Source: an uncultured Bacteroidia bacterium | Lineage (GTDB): Bacteria; Bacteroidota; Bacteroidia; J057; CALLMJ01 | NCBI GenBank assembly: GCA_938005475.1 | Contig: CALLNY010000022.1 | Coordinates: forward strand, 2,437-66,436 | Length of the DNA stretch: 64,000 nt | Reading direction: 5' to 3' | Part shown: piece after piece, positions 52,317 to 61,656 of the stretch | Layout: every line of letters starts with the position of its first letter | Numbering within the stretch: position 1 is the first letter of the stretch | Made by a program: the position numbers and the translations under genes | The notes under the pieces: generated by a model | Database searches by the model: none | Told to the model about the DNA's origin: nothing | The model's input: the letters and a program-made list of their open reading frames with translations, nothing else

Positions 52317-53716
52317 TATTTCATAAAAAATTTCAAAAGTTTAAGTTTATTTAAGTAAGGAGCATAACGAATAGGAATATCAAAAAGATTAGTTTTCTTT
52401 AGAATTCCACGAGGGTGTGAGAAAGCTTGGAAAGAGCTTTTACCATGATAGTTGCCTATACCACTATCCCCAACTCCCCCAAAAGGTAAATCTTGTGGAG
52501 CTAAGTGAACTAAGCAATCGTTAATACAACCTCCGCCTGAGTCGGTGTAATTGAGTATTTTGCGTTCATTATAAGTTGAGTTGGTATATAAGTAAAGAGC
52601 TAGAGGCTTGGGTCTTTCGTTTATAAACTGAATAACTTCATCTAAATTTTGGTAGGTTAAAATAGGTAAAATGGGACCAAAAATTTCATCTTGCATGACA
52701 GGACTATGTGGGCTTACATTTTCTAACAAAGTGGGAGCAAAATAAAGTGTTTGGATATTATGTTGACCACCATAGAGTACGGTACCGTCCTTTAAGTAAT
52801 TGGTTAGGCGGATAAAATGTTTTTCATTGATAATTCTGGGGTAATCGGGAGATTGGGCGGGGTCGTTACCATAAGATTTTTTGATATTTTCAATGATTTT
52901 CTGAACAAGGGGTTGCTTGATAGATTCATGAACGAGCAGATAATCAGGGGCTACGCAAGTTTGTCCTGCATTGACGAGTTTTCCCCAAACAATTCTACGA
53001 GCGGCAAATTCTAAATGAGCGGTTTCATCTACGATACAGGGGCTTTTACCACCTAGTTCCAATATAACTGGGGTTAGATGTTTGGCGGCGGCTTGCATCA
53101 CGATTTTCCCTACTTGGGTACTTCCTGTAAAGAAAATCACATCCCATTTTTGTTCTAATAGATGTTGGCTGGTTTCAATGCCGCCTTCAATTAAGGCAAT
53201 GTATTCAGGTTGGAAGTATTGGGTTATTAGTTTTTTAGCTATAGAAGAGGTTGCGGGTGCGAGTTCAGAGGCTTTGAGAACGGCGGTACAACCTGCGGCA
53301 ATAGCCCCAATCAAGGGAGCAAATAATAATTGAAAGGGATAGTTCCAAGGAGCAATAATTAAAGAGTTACCATAGGGTTTAGGGTATATTTTGGATACAG
53401 CCCAGAACTGGGTTAGGGGAGTCCATACTGTTTTAGGTTTCATCCATGATTTTAAATGAATTATCGCATGGTTAAGTTCTTCGTAAGTAAAGCCTACTTC
53501 TGTGGCATAACCTTCAAATTCTGATTTTTTCAAATCCGATTTTAAGGCTTCTAGAATTTCTGTTTCATGGGCTTTTATGACATGTTTGAGTAGTTTTAAT
53601 TGTTGTAAACGGAAGGAATAGTCAATTGTTTTTCCTTGCGAAAAGAATTTTTTTTGATTTTGTAGTATATTTTGAATTTCTGAGAGTGAAGTTTCTTGAA
53701 AGGTTTGAGTGTTCAT
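52316..53716 (-). CDS. Aldehyde dehydrogenase (class 3/YwdH-like)
   Basis: [46 protein letters not shown]. Confidence 0.95.
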   Translation of the reverse strand: MNTQTFQETSLSEIQNILQNQKKFFSQGKTIDYSFRLQQLKLLKHVIKAHETEILEALKSDLKKSEFEGYATEVGFTYEELNHAIIHLKSWMKPKTVWTPLTQFWAVSKIYPKPYGNSLIIAPWNYPFQLLFAPLIGAIAAGCTAVLKASELAPATSSIAKKLITQYFQPEYIALIEGGIETSQHLLEQKWDVIFFTGSTQVGKIVMQAAAKHLTPVILELGGKSPCIVDETAHLEFAARRIVWGKLVNAGQTCVAPDYLLVHESIKQPLVQKIIENIKKSYGNDPAQSPDYPRIINEKHFIRLTNYLKDGTVLYGGQHNIQTLYFAPTLLENVSPHSPVMQDEIFGPILPILTYQNLDEVIQFINERPKPLALYLYTNSTYNERKILNYTDSGGGCINDCLVHLAPQDLPFGGVGDSGIGNYHGKSSFQAFSHPRGILKKTNLFDIPIRYAPYLNKLKLLKFFMK

Positions 53717-53774
53717 AACATTTTAGCTGTAAAGATAAATAGAACTTTGTATGAGAGCAAATAATTTTATAAAT

Positions 53775-55580
53775 TTATTGGTTTTTATCACCACGTAAGA
53801 CACGTATTCTTTTACGGGCGTTTACTTTATAGATGGAGCCGGGGTAATCTGTAATGAGTTGTAAATAAAAATCCATAGCTTTTTGAGGGTCTTTTAGGAG
53901 GAAGTCATAGATTTCGGCTTTCAGGAAGAGTGCATCATCACTGTAAACACCTGGGGAGTGATGGTTTAAAATTTGGTCTAAAAAGAATAAAGTTTTATCA
54001 ATGTCGTTTTGGTTGTAAGCGATTTGGCTTTTTTGCCAAATAATATCGTCCTTCAAAGGGTGATTAGGAAATTTTAATTGTAAGGAATCTAATTCGGATA
54101 GAGCGGAGGTGTATTGTTTTTGATAGATGAGTAGTTGTGCTTTGGCGAAACGGCTTAAAGCTTCGGTGGTTGAGTCTAAACCGGTGTTGTCTTGAATGAG
54201 CAAGAACATGTCAATGGCATCATTGGCGATGTCATTGGAGGTATTATCTTTTAAAATTTTAAAGAAAGCTTTAGCCATATCAAAATCTCCCCGATAATAA
54301 AAAAGCATAGCTTGTTTAAATTTGGCGAGAGCTCCGATTTGGGCGTCTTTATTTGTTTTCTCTACTTCGTTATATTTTAGTTCTGCTTTTGCAGTTTCAT
54401 TTTGTAACAAAAAAATATCACCTATCAATAGTTTTACTTTGGATTTTTGGTTTAGAGGTAAGGTAGGTAAATTTTCAATGTTTTCTAGGTCATTGAGAGC
54501 AGTGTTCAGGTCATTTAGGTAAAAAATGCAGAGATTAGCTTTTCGGTAGATGGCATCAAAAGTTTGGGATTGTTTGCCGTAGTTTTGTATAAGCTCATCA
54601 TAATTTTGGATGGCTTTTCTAATTTTTTGTAAATCAATAGGTTTATTTTCAAAAATTAAATGTTCATAATTAATTGCTTTTTCTTGTAATGCTTGTAAGT
54701 AGAATATAGACTTTTGAGGTCTATTTAAGATGTAATCTAAAACTTGGTTAGATTGTTCATATTTTTGGTTATTTTGGAGGGTTTTTGCATATTGAAAAAT
54801 GCGGTTATTACCATCTTGCAGGATTCTATCAATTTGTTTAATTTGTGCAAAGGCTTCATCATAGTTTTCAGATTGGACATAAAAATCAAAAAGGACGTCA
54901 AGGACTAATAAATTATCTTTGTATTTGTTGACGGATTGAAGTAAAGCTTTTTCGATATCATCCGCAGATTTTTCATTGGTTAGAACAGCAATTTTACCTT
55001 TGATGATATCGGGTTGAATATTTTTTTCGCAAAGTAGGGTCATTAGTTCTAGGGTAGCTTGATAGTAGTTTCCTAGGGCGGCGTAATTTTCATAGAGTTC
55101 AGAAGCGAATAAGGAGTTAGATTTGAGGGTTTTTCTTCCTTGTAAATAAAATTTTTCTGACCATTCAAGTTGTCGGTTTTTGAATAAGAAGTTACCAATT
55201 TTAAGGAAATCTTCTTCTTTGTTGAGTTTTTGGAGGAGAGTATTCCAGAGGTTAAGCGCTTCGTTTTCTTTTTTTTCTTGTAGGTAAGCCAAAGCTTTGA
55301 GGGCGATGAAGAGGGGTTCATTAGCAGATTTTTTGATGGTTTTATCTAAAAAAATATGAAGTTCAGGGAATTGATTAAGAGCGGAATAAGTATTGGATAT
55401 TTTGAAGATGAGTCGGGTTTCTTCTTTGTTTTTGAAGAGTTTTAGGTAAATTTGGAGTGCTTTTTCGTATTCACCTTCATTAAAATATTCATCAGCGAGT
55501 TGCTCTTCTGGGGGGATCTGCCCCGGTAAAGTGAGGTATAGAAGCCCAAAAAAGAAGAAACAAAGTAACTTCAAAGGCAT
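53775..55580 (-). CDS. Secreted TPR protein, PorW/SprE-like
   Basis: Signal peptide, many TPRs, C-terminal LK..TS..IANDA...L.I.DN and YPGSIY...ARKR.R.LRGD; PorW identity is inferred from these motifs. Confidence 0.65.
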   Translation of the reverse strand: MPLKLLCFFFFGLLYLTLPGQIPPEEQLADEYFNEGEYEKALQIYLKLFKNKEETRLIFKISNTYSALNQFPELHIFLDKTIKKSANEPLFIALKALAYLQEKKENEALNLWNTLLQKLNKEEDFLKIGNFLFKNRQLEWSEKFYLQGRKTLKSNSLFASELYENYAALGNYYQATLELMTLLCEKNIQPDIIKGKIAVLTNEKSADDIEKALLQSVNKYKDNLLVLDVLFDFYVQSENYDEAFAQIKQIDRILQDGNNRIFQYAKTLQNNQKYEQSNQVLDYILNRPQKSIFYLQALQEKAINYEHLIFENKPIDLQKIRKAIQNYDELIQNYGKQSQTFDAIYRKANLCIFYLNDLNTALNDLENIENLPTLPLNQKSKVKLLIGDIFLLQNETAKAELKYNEVEKTNKDAQIGALAKFKQAMLFYYRGDFDMAKAFFKILKDNTSNDIANDAIDMFLLIQDNTGLDSTTEALSRFAKAQLLIYQKQYTSALSELDSLQLKFPNHPLKDDIIWQKSQIAYNQNDIDKTLFFLDQILNHHSPGVYSDDALFLKAEIYDFLLKDPQKAMDFYLQLITDYPGSIYKVNARKRIRVLRGDKNQ

Positions 55581-55596
55581 AGAGGCACAGTGAATT

Positions 55597-55673
55597 TGGT
55601 GCGTCCGGAAGGATTCGAACCCTCAACCGTTTGATCCGAAGTCAAATGCTCTATCCAATTGAGCTACGGACGC
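55597..55673 (-). tRNA. tRNA-Arg(UCG) with encoded CCA
   Basis: GCGTCCG-TAGCTCAATTGGATAGAGC-A-TTTGA-CT TCG GA-TCAAA-CGGTT-GAGGG-TTCGAAT-CCTTC-CGGACGC-ACCA; promoter TAATTTTG at 55692-55685. Confidence 0.95.
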
Positions 55674-55727
55674 TTTATTTACTGCAAAATTACAAATTTT
55701 TTTGATTAGTTGTAATGAAATGCAATA

Positions 55728-56609
55728 TTATTCTGACCTGCCGTTGATATTAACATTTTTATTGATGCGTTTTACAAGTCCTTGTAGGACGTTTCCGGGT
55801 CCTATTTCAGTAAATTCAGTAGCTCCGTCTTGAATCATATTTTGTATGGATTGTGTCCAGAGGACGGGGCTTGTTAATTGTTCAATTAGATTATATTTAA
55901 TTTCATCGGCATCAATAGAGGGTTTAGCGGTATAATTTTGATAGATGGGGCATGAGGGTCTTTGGAAGAGGGTATTTAAAATACCTTTTTCTAGTTCTTT
56001 TCTTGCGGATTCCATTAAAGGGGAATGAAACGCGCCGTCTACTTCTAATTTTTTTACAATTTTGGCGCCCTTTTCTTTACATAAAGCCATAGCTCTATCT
56101 ACACCTTCAATAGTGCCGGATATCACTAGCTGCCCAGGTGAATTATAATTAGCAGGTACAACGATGGTATCTTGAATAGATTGACATACTTCTTCAACGA
56201 CTGAGTCTTCAATACCAACGATTGCCGCCATAGTAGAAGGATTTTCATTACAAGCTTTCTGCATGGCATTGGCACGAATCTGAACAAGTCTTAAAGCATC
56301 TTCAAATTCTAAACAACCATTCACAACCAAAGCTGAAAATTCTCCTAATGAATGACCAGCTACCATATCTGGTTGTATTTTTAGACATTTTGCTAAAATT
56401 ACCGAATGCAGAAATATAGCAGGTTGAGTGATAGAGGTTTTTTTGAGTTCTTCGGAAGTTCCTTCAAACATAATTTTAGAGATATCAAAGCCTAGAATGT
56501 CATTAGCTTTATGAAAAAGAGCTTTAGCATTGCTGTTGGCTTCAAATAAGCTCTTAGCCATTCCAGGGAATTGTGAACCCTGACCAGGGAAAATATATGC
56601 TGTTTTCAT
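55728..56609 (-). CDS. fabD: Malonyl-CoA:ACP transacylase
   Basis: FPGQGSQ, TQPAIF, GHSLGEF, ANYNSPGQ.VISG, GAFHS, EIGPG. Confidence 0.97.
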   Translation of the reverse strand: MKTAYIFPGQGSQFPGMAKSLFEANSNAKALFHKANDILGFDISKIMFEGTSEELKKTSITQPAIFLHSVILAKCLKIQPDMVAGHSLGEFSALVVNGCLEFEDALRLVQIRANAMQKACNENPSTMAAIVGIEDSVVEEVCQSIQDTIVVPANYNSPGQLVISGTIEGVDRAMALCKEKGAKIVKKLEVDGAFHSPLMESARKELEKGILNTLFQRPSCPIYQNYTAKPSIDADEIKYNLIEQLTSPVLWTQSIQNMIQDGATEFTEIGPGNVLQGLVKRINKNVNINGRSE

Positions 56610-58079
56610 TTATAAATTTGGAGTATTTTTAAATTTTTTACGTAATTCTTCTACATACCTTCTAAACTCTTTATCCGTATCGCAAAGGTCATTTACTGTG
56701 TTAATAGCATGAATGACAGTGGAATGGTCTCTACCTCCGAAGTATAAACCAATAGTTTTTAAGGAAGATTTTGTACATTCTTTTGAGAAATACATGGCTA
56801 TTTGGCGTGCTTGTACGATTTCGCGTTTTCTACTTTTTTCTTTTAAAGTTTCGGGTTTTAATTTAAAATATTCTGCTACGGTAGAAGTAATAGATTCGAT
56901 GGATAGTTCTCGGTGGTTGTTGGTAACAAAGTTTTTAATTACTTTATGGGCTATTTCTAAATCAATTTCTTTTCTATTGAAAGAGCTTTGAGCTAAAATG
57001 CCAATTAAAGAACCTTCTAAATCCCTTACATTGGTCTGAATATGATGCGCTACGTATTCGATAATCTCATCGGGCATCTCCACTCCTTCATGGTACATTT
57101 TACTTTTCAGTATTGCGATACGTGTTTCTTGGTCAGGGACTTGTAAATCTGCGCTTAGTCCCCATTTGAAACGAGAAAGTAATCTTTCTTCAATACCTTT
57201 CATATCTTTTGGGGGAACATCAGAAGTTAATATGAGTTGTTTATCATTTTGGTGTAGATGATTGAAAATTGTGAAGAAAGCTTCTTGGGTCTTTTCTTTT
57301 CCCATGAGTAATTGTATGTCGTCTACAATCAATACATCGATGAGTTGATAAAAATTGATGAATTCGTTGATTTGATTGTTTTTCACAGAGTCCACAAATT
57401 GGCTTAAAAATTTTTCGCATGGTACATAAAGTACCACTTTATTGGGATGTAATTTTTTTACTTCATTACCAATAGCATGAGCTAAATGGGTTTTGCCTAA
57501 CGCTACATTTCCATAAATAAAGAGTGGATTAAAGGAATTTTTTCCAGGTTTCATAGCGATACCAATTCCTGCTGAGCGAGCTAACCGATTACAATCTCCT
57601 TCAATGAAAGTCTCAAATGTATAATTAGGGTTTAATTGCGACTGTATGGTTAGTTTTTGTAATCCAGGAATTATAAACGGATTGATAACATTAGGTTTAC
57701 TACTTTGAGTTGGAACTTGAATAGATGGATTTTGGGTTTTAATTTCACTTTTGGTAGATGGAATTTGAATATTTGAAGCATTTTCATGATTTTCCATTTT
57801 AACAGAGTAGCTCAATTTCGCATCGGGTCCCAGATAAAATTTTATAGCTTTAGAAAGTAAATGAACATATTTTTCCTCCAGAATCTCATAATAAAAATGA
57901 GAGGGTAACTGAAGCGTAAGTTCATTATTTTCTAATTTAATAGCGACAACAGGTTTAAACCATGTTTCATAGGTCTCTTGCTGTACGTTTTCTTTTATCA
58001 TTTCCATACATTTAGACCATACTTCTTGGCAATTCTTTTGCATAGTGTCAGTGTTTTTAATCATACCTTCAACCCTCAT
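56610..58079 (-). CDS. dnaA: Chromosomal replication initiator DnaA (start may be 58064 or 58043)
   Basis: YETWF.P, LNPNYTFETF, NPLFIYG...LGKTHL, DDIQ, RLLSRF.WGL, NVRDLEG, ARQIAMY, FGGRDHSTVIHA. Confidence 0.98.
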   Translation of the reverse strand: MRVEGMIKNTDTMQKNCQEVWSKCMEMIKENVQQETYETWFKPVVAIKLENNELTLQLPSHFYYEILEEKYVHLLSKAIKFYLGPDAKLSYSVKMENHENASNIQIPSTKSEIKTQNPSIQVPTQSSKPNVINPFIIPGLQKLTIQSQLNPNYTFETFIEGDCNRLARSAGIGIAMKPGKNSFNPLFIYGNVALGKTHLAHAIGNEVKKLHPNKVVLYVPCEKFLSQFVDSVKNNQINEFINFYQLIDVLIVDDIQLLMGKEKTQEAFFTIFNHLHQNDKQLILTSDVPPKDMKGIEERLLSRFKWGLSADLQVPDQETRIAILKSKMYHEGVEMPDEIIEYVAHHIQTNVRDLEGSLIGILAQSSFNRKEIDLEIAHKVIKNFVTNNHRELSIESITSTVAEYFKLKPETLKEKSRKREIVQARQIAMYFSKECTKSSLKTIGLYFGGRDHSTVIHAINTVNDLCDTDKEFRRYVEELRKKFKNTPNL

Positions 58080-58212
58080 ATTTTTTTATTTTATCAGTTC
58101 AAAATTGCAGGATTTTTTTTTTGTGTTTACTATTGACTTTTTACAAAATGTTTAAATCATATAGAAAAAATTTCAATTTGCTGATTTACAAAAAGAATAA
58201 ATTCAATTTAGT

Positions 58213-58253
58213 TTATTCACTTATTCACAAAATTAATTTTAAAATGTGGATTA
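58213..58253. promoter_or_regulatory. DnaA-box cluster upstream of dnaA
   Basis: TTATTCACT (58213), TTATTCACA (58221) and TGTGGATTA (58245) in a very AT-rich divergent intergenic region. Confidence 0.6.
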
Positions 58254-58347
58254 TTCGGATGAACAAATCTAACTATTTTTTATTCAAGCACATTATTTTA
58301 TTAATTTGAATATCAATTTTTTGCTTAAACTTGCACTCTTTAATGAT

Positions 58348-59475
58348 ATGACCATAGGAATTGTTTGTTATCCTACTTTTGGGGGGAGTGGTGTTATTGC
58401 TACGGAACTTGGTAAGATTTTAGCCAGCCTTGGGCACTGTGTCCATTTTATAACTTACGATAGACCTGTTCGTTTAGACTTTTTTGTTCAGAATATTTAC
58501 TATCATGAAGTTATGACACCAAACTATCCCTTATTTCAATACCTACCGTATGAATCTGCTTTAATTTCTAAAATAGTAGATGTTGCAATGCATTCTCATT
58601 TAGATTTAGTACATGTTCATTATGCTATACCTCACGCTTCTGCGGCGGTTTTTGCTAAAAAGATTTTGAAATCTTATCAAATCTCATTACCTGTCATTAC
58701 CACTTTACATGGTACTGACATCACTCTTGTGGGAAAAGAAGAAACTTTTAAACCGATTATTAAGTACGCAATCGAGCATTCAGATGGGGTAACCTCTGTT
58801 TCTGAATTTTTAAAAAAAGAAACTTACACATACTTTGAAGTAGATAAATCAATTGAAGTGATTCCGAATTTTGTATCATTAGTACGATTTAGACCGAAGC
58901 CCGAGATTAGAAATACTTATCGTAAACTTATTGCCCCAAACGATGAAAAAATATTGATACACACATCAAATTTCAGGAAGGTTAAAAGGGTTCAAGATGT
59001 AATAGCTGTTTATTTAGAGGTAAAAAAACAAATTCCTTCAAAATTACTATTAGTGGGAGATGGTCCTGAAAGAACCCATTTAGAAAAATATGTGCGTGAG
59101 AACCAACTAACGCAATGGGTAATCTTCATGGGTAAGCAAGAAAAAGTGGAAGATATATTAGCCATTTCGGATATATTTTTGATGCCATCGGAAACGGAGA
59201 GTTTTGGACTAGCCGCCTTAGAGGCAATGGCTTGCGGTTTACCTGTTGTCGCATCTCATGCTGGAGGTTTACCTGAACTAATTGTCAAAGGCTTCAATGG
59301 CTTTATGACTGAGGTAGGAGATACAAATCAAATGTCCAAGTATGTTATAGAAATTTTAAATCCAGAAAAATATGCATACTACTCAGAAAATGCTATCAAA
59401 ACCGCCCAAAAATTTGATGAAAATTTAATCGTTAAATCCTATGAAAAATTTTATTCTCAATATATTAAAAAATGA
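58348..59475 (+). CDS. bshA: N-acetyl-alpha-D-glucosaminyl L-malate synthase (bacillithiol biosynthesis)
   Basis: IGIVCYPTFGGSGVIATELG, HVHYAIPHA, TTLHGTDITLVG, SNFRKVKR, ESFGLAALEAM. Confidence 0.95.
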   Translation: MTIGIVCYPTFGGSGVIATELGKILASLGHCVHFITYDRPVRLDFFVQNIYYHEVMTPNYPLFQYLPYESALISKIVDVAMHSHLDLVHVHYAIPHASAAVFAKKILKSYQISLPVITTLHGTDITLVGKEETFKPIIKYAIEHSDGVTSVSEFLKKETYTYFEVDKSIEVIPNFVSLVRFRPKPEIRNTYRKLIAPNDEKILIHTSNFRKVKRVQDVIAVYLEVKKQIPSKLLLVGDGPERTHLEKYVRENQLTQWVIFMGKQEKVEDILAISDIFLMPSETESFGLAALEAMACGLPVVASHAGGLPELIVKGFNGFMTEVGDTNQMSKYVIEILNPEKYAYYSENAIKTAQKFDENLIVKSYEKFYSQYIKK

Positions 59476-59524
59476 GTTTCCATTACCAAAATTCTATAAT
59501 TTTGTAGTCCTATTTTCATTTGAT

Positions 59525-60046
59525 ATGTTGAAATACTTTCTTTTTCATTTGGTTTTAATAGGGGGTAATTTTTTTAATCATACCTATTCACAAAATTTAT
59601 TATCTCAATATGAGTTGGAGAAAAAACCTGTTTTTACTTCACTTGAAAAGGCTGTTGCAAACAAAAATCAAGTTTATAAGCTTAATTTAAGTAAGCAAAA
59701 ACTGAAAGAGTTTCCCAAAGAGATTCTTTTATTTGAAAATCTTCAAGAACTTAATCTTAGCGATAATCTTATTAAGGAACTACCAAATGAAATCAGCAAT
59801 TTAAAAAATTTACAGGTCCTTAACTTGTCAAAAAATAAAATTAAAAAACTGCCCGTAACGATAGGAGACTTAAAACATTTGCATACCTTTTATTTTAGTA
59901 AAAATCGCTTGGTTTATTTTCCTAATGAAATGCGTGGTCTAGATAATTTAAAATTTATTGATATTTCTAAAAATCAGTTGACTTATGATGAATTAGTTTT
60001 TATTAAAAAAATTGTACCTGATAATTGTGAGGTTTTAACGAAATGA
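59525..60046 (+). CDS. Secreted leucine-rich repeat protein
   Basis: Signal-like N-terminus from ATG 59525; LxxLxLSxNxIxxLPxxIxxL repeats. Confidence 0.85.
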   Translation: MLKYFLFHLVLIGGNFFNHTYSQNLLSQYELEKKPVFTSLEKAVANKNQVYKLNLSKQKLKEFPKEILLFENLQELNLSDNLIKELPNEISNLKNLQVLNLSKNKIKKLPVTIGDLKHLHTFYFSKNRLVYFPNEMRGLDNLKFIDISKNQLTYDELVFIKKIVPDNCEVLTK

Positions 60047-60501
60047 ATATCGTAAATAGCCGTTTTATGAATCAAAAACCTGAGATAATCATAGCTGATA
60101 CTCGAAATCAATTAGATTTAGAGCAAAAATATAAAATTTTAGAAACTTTTGACATTCAAAATCAATATAACCAATTGATTAAAATACAGACTAAGGAATT
60201 TTCTGCTGTGTGCCCGGGAACTGGACTTCCTGATATTGCGGATGTTATTATTGAATATATACCTAATAAAAAGTGCGTTGAGCTTAAATCGTTAAAATAT
60301 TATTTTTTTTCATTTAGGGATGATGCTATTTTTCAGGAGCCTGTTACAGATGTAATCTTTGGGCATTTATTAAAATGTTTAGAACCTCTTTATTTACGCT
60401 TGGAAATCACTTATAATATAAGAGGTGGGTTTTTAACTACCACTAGCGCTGAATACGGAGATAAAAAAGTACATTATCCTAATCATTCAATATTAGTTTA
60501 A
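60043..60501 (+). CDS. queF: NADPH-dependent preQ0 reductase (type I)
   Basis: EFSAVCPGTGLPD, IEYIP.KKCVELKSLKYY, RGG. Confidence 0.88.
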   Translation: MNIVNSRFMNQKPEIIIADTRNQLDLEQKYKILETFDIQNQYNQLIKIQTKEFSAVCPGTGLPDIADVIIEYIPNKKCVELKSLKYYFFSFRDDAIFQEPVTDVIFGHLLKCLEPLYLRLEITYNIRGGFLTTTSAEYGDKKVHYPNHSILV

Positions 60502-61643
60502 TGGAAACTAGCCTAATTATCAATCATTTAGGTGAGAAAAGAAGTAGTTATCAAAACGCAGTTTCTCCTCCAATTTTTCAGACTTCTAACTTTGCTTATC
60601 AAAATGTAGAGGAGATGCGTCTTGCAATCCAGAATGAGTTTGCGTATCCCTTGTACATGCGAGGAAATAATCCAACCGTTGAGATTTTGAGAAGAAAAAT
60701 TGCCGCATTAGAGGGATATGAAGATGCGCTCATCTTTGCTAGTGGAAGTGCCGCTATTGCTGCTGCTGTGAACGCAAATTTACAATATGGTGACCATGTC
60801 GTTTGTGTTCATAATCCTTATTCTTGGACTTTCAAACTTTTTAATCAATATTTAAAAAAATTTGGTATTCAAACTACATTTATAGACCCCACTATTCCTG
60901 ATGCTTATGCTCTTGCAATACAACCTAATACTAAATTATTTTATTTAGAAACGCCTAATTCTTTAACTTTTGAATTAACGGACTTGTCCGATACAGTACA
61001 GCTAGCAAAAAAGTATAATATTATTACTGTTTTAGATAATTCCTACGCTACTCCTTTGTATCAAAAAGCTTCTGATTTTGGAGTTGATATTGTCTGTCAT
61101 TCCGCTACGAAATACTTATCGGGGCATTCTGATGTTGTCGCAGGGGTAGTTTGTGCGAATCATAAAATGATAGAAAAAATTTTCTATTCTGAATTTATGA
61201 ACATAGGAGGAATTATTTCCGCTCATGATGCCGCTCTGATAATAAGGGGTTTGAGAACTCTACCTATTCGCTTGGAAAGAATATCTAAAAGTACTCAAAA
61301 AATCATAGCTTTTTTAGATAAAAATCCTAAAATAACTAAAATTTATTATCCGTTTTATGAAAAAAATCCTCAATATACGTTAGCTAAAAAACAAATGAAA
61401 GGTTGTACAGGCTTATTTAGCATAGAATTAAATACTGATGACCCCAAAGTGATAGAACTATTTTGTAACTCTCTAGAATGCTTTCTGTTAGCATGTTCAT
61501 GGGGAAGTTATGAAAGTTTAGTTTTTCCAGGAATAGCAATAACTCCTCTTCCTTCAAAATGGAAATTGATTAGATTAAGCATTGGACTAGAAGAACCTGA
61601 TATGTTGATAAACGATTTAGAACAAGCACTTAATAAAATTTAA
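60501..61643 (+). CDS. Cys/Met metabolism PLP enzyme (cystathionine beta-lyase / gamma-lyase family)
   Basis: PPIFQTSNF, Y.RG.NPT, LETPNS, DNSYATP, HSATKYLSGHSD, SWG..ESL, RLSIGLE. Confidence 0.92.
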   Translation: METSLIINHLGEKRSSYQNAVSPPIFQTSNFAYQNVEEMRLAIQNEFAYPLYMRGNNPTVEILRRKIAALEGYEDALIFASGSAAIAAAVNANLQYGDHVVCVHNPYSWTFKLFNQYLKKFGIQTTFIDPTIPDAYALAIQPNTKLFYLETPNSLTFELTDLSDTVQLAKKYNIITVLDNSYATPLYQKASDFGVDIVCHSATKYLSGHSDVVAGVVCANHKMIEKIFYSEFMNIGGIISAHDAALIIRGLRTLPIRLERISKSTQKIIAFLDKNPKITKIYYPFYEKNPQYTLAKKQMKGCTGLFSIELNTDDPKVIELFCNSLECFLLACSWGSYESLVFPGIAITPLPSKWKLIRLSIGLEEPDMLINDLEQALNKI

Positions 61644-61656
61644 CTTTTTAATTATT

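Noticed and set aside
42867-55580. Alternating G-rich and C-rich patches within genes
   Set aside because: Impression only; it cannot be separated from codon or amino-acid effects without computing third-position skew.
57480-57520. DnaA Walker A GNVALGKT (Ala for the usual Gly)
   Set aside because: It still fits GxxxxGKT, so there is no basis to infer loss of function.
58121-58347. 62-aa ORF 58121-58309 and TTG extension of bshA
   Set aside because: Low-complexity AT-rich regulatory DNA; the BshA family signature starts at ATG 58348.
59950-60070. preQ1 riboswitch upstream of queF
   Set aside because: queF overlaps the LRR gene stop, and no aptamer-like sequence was seen.
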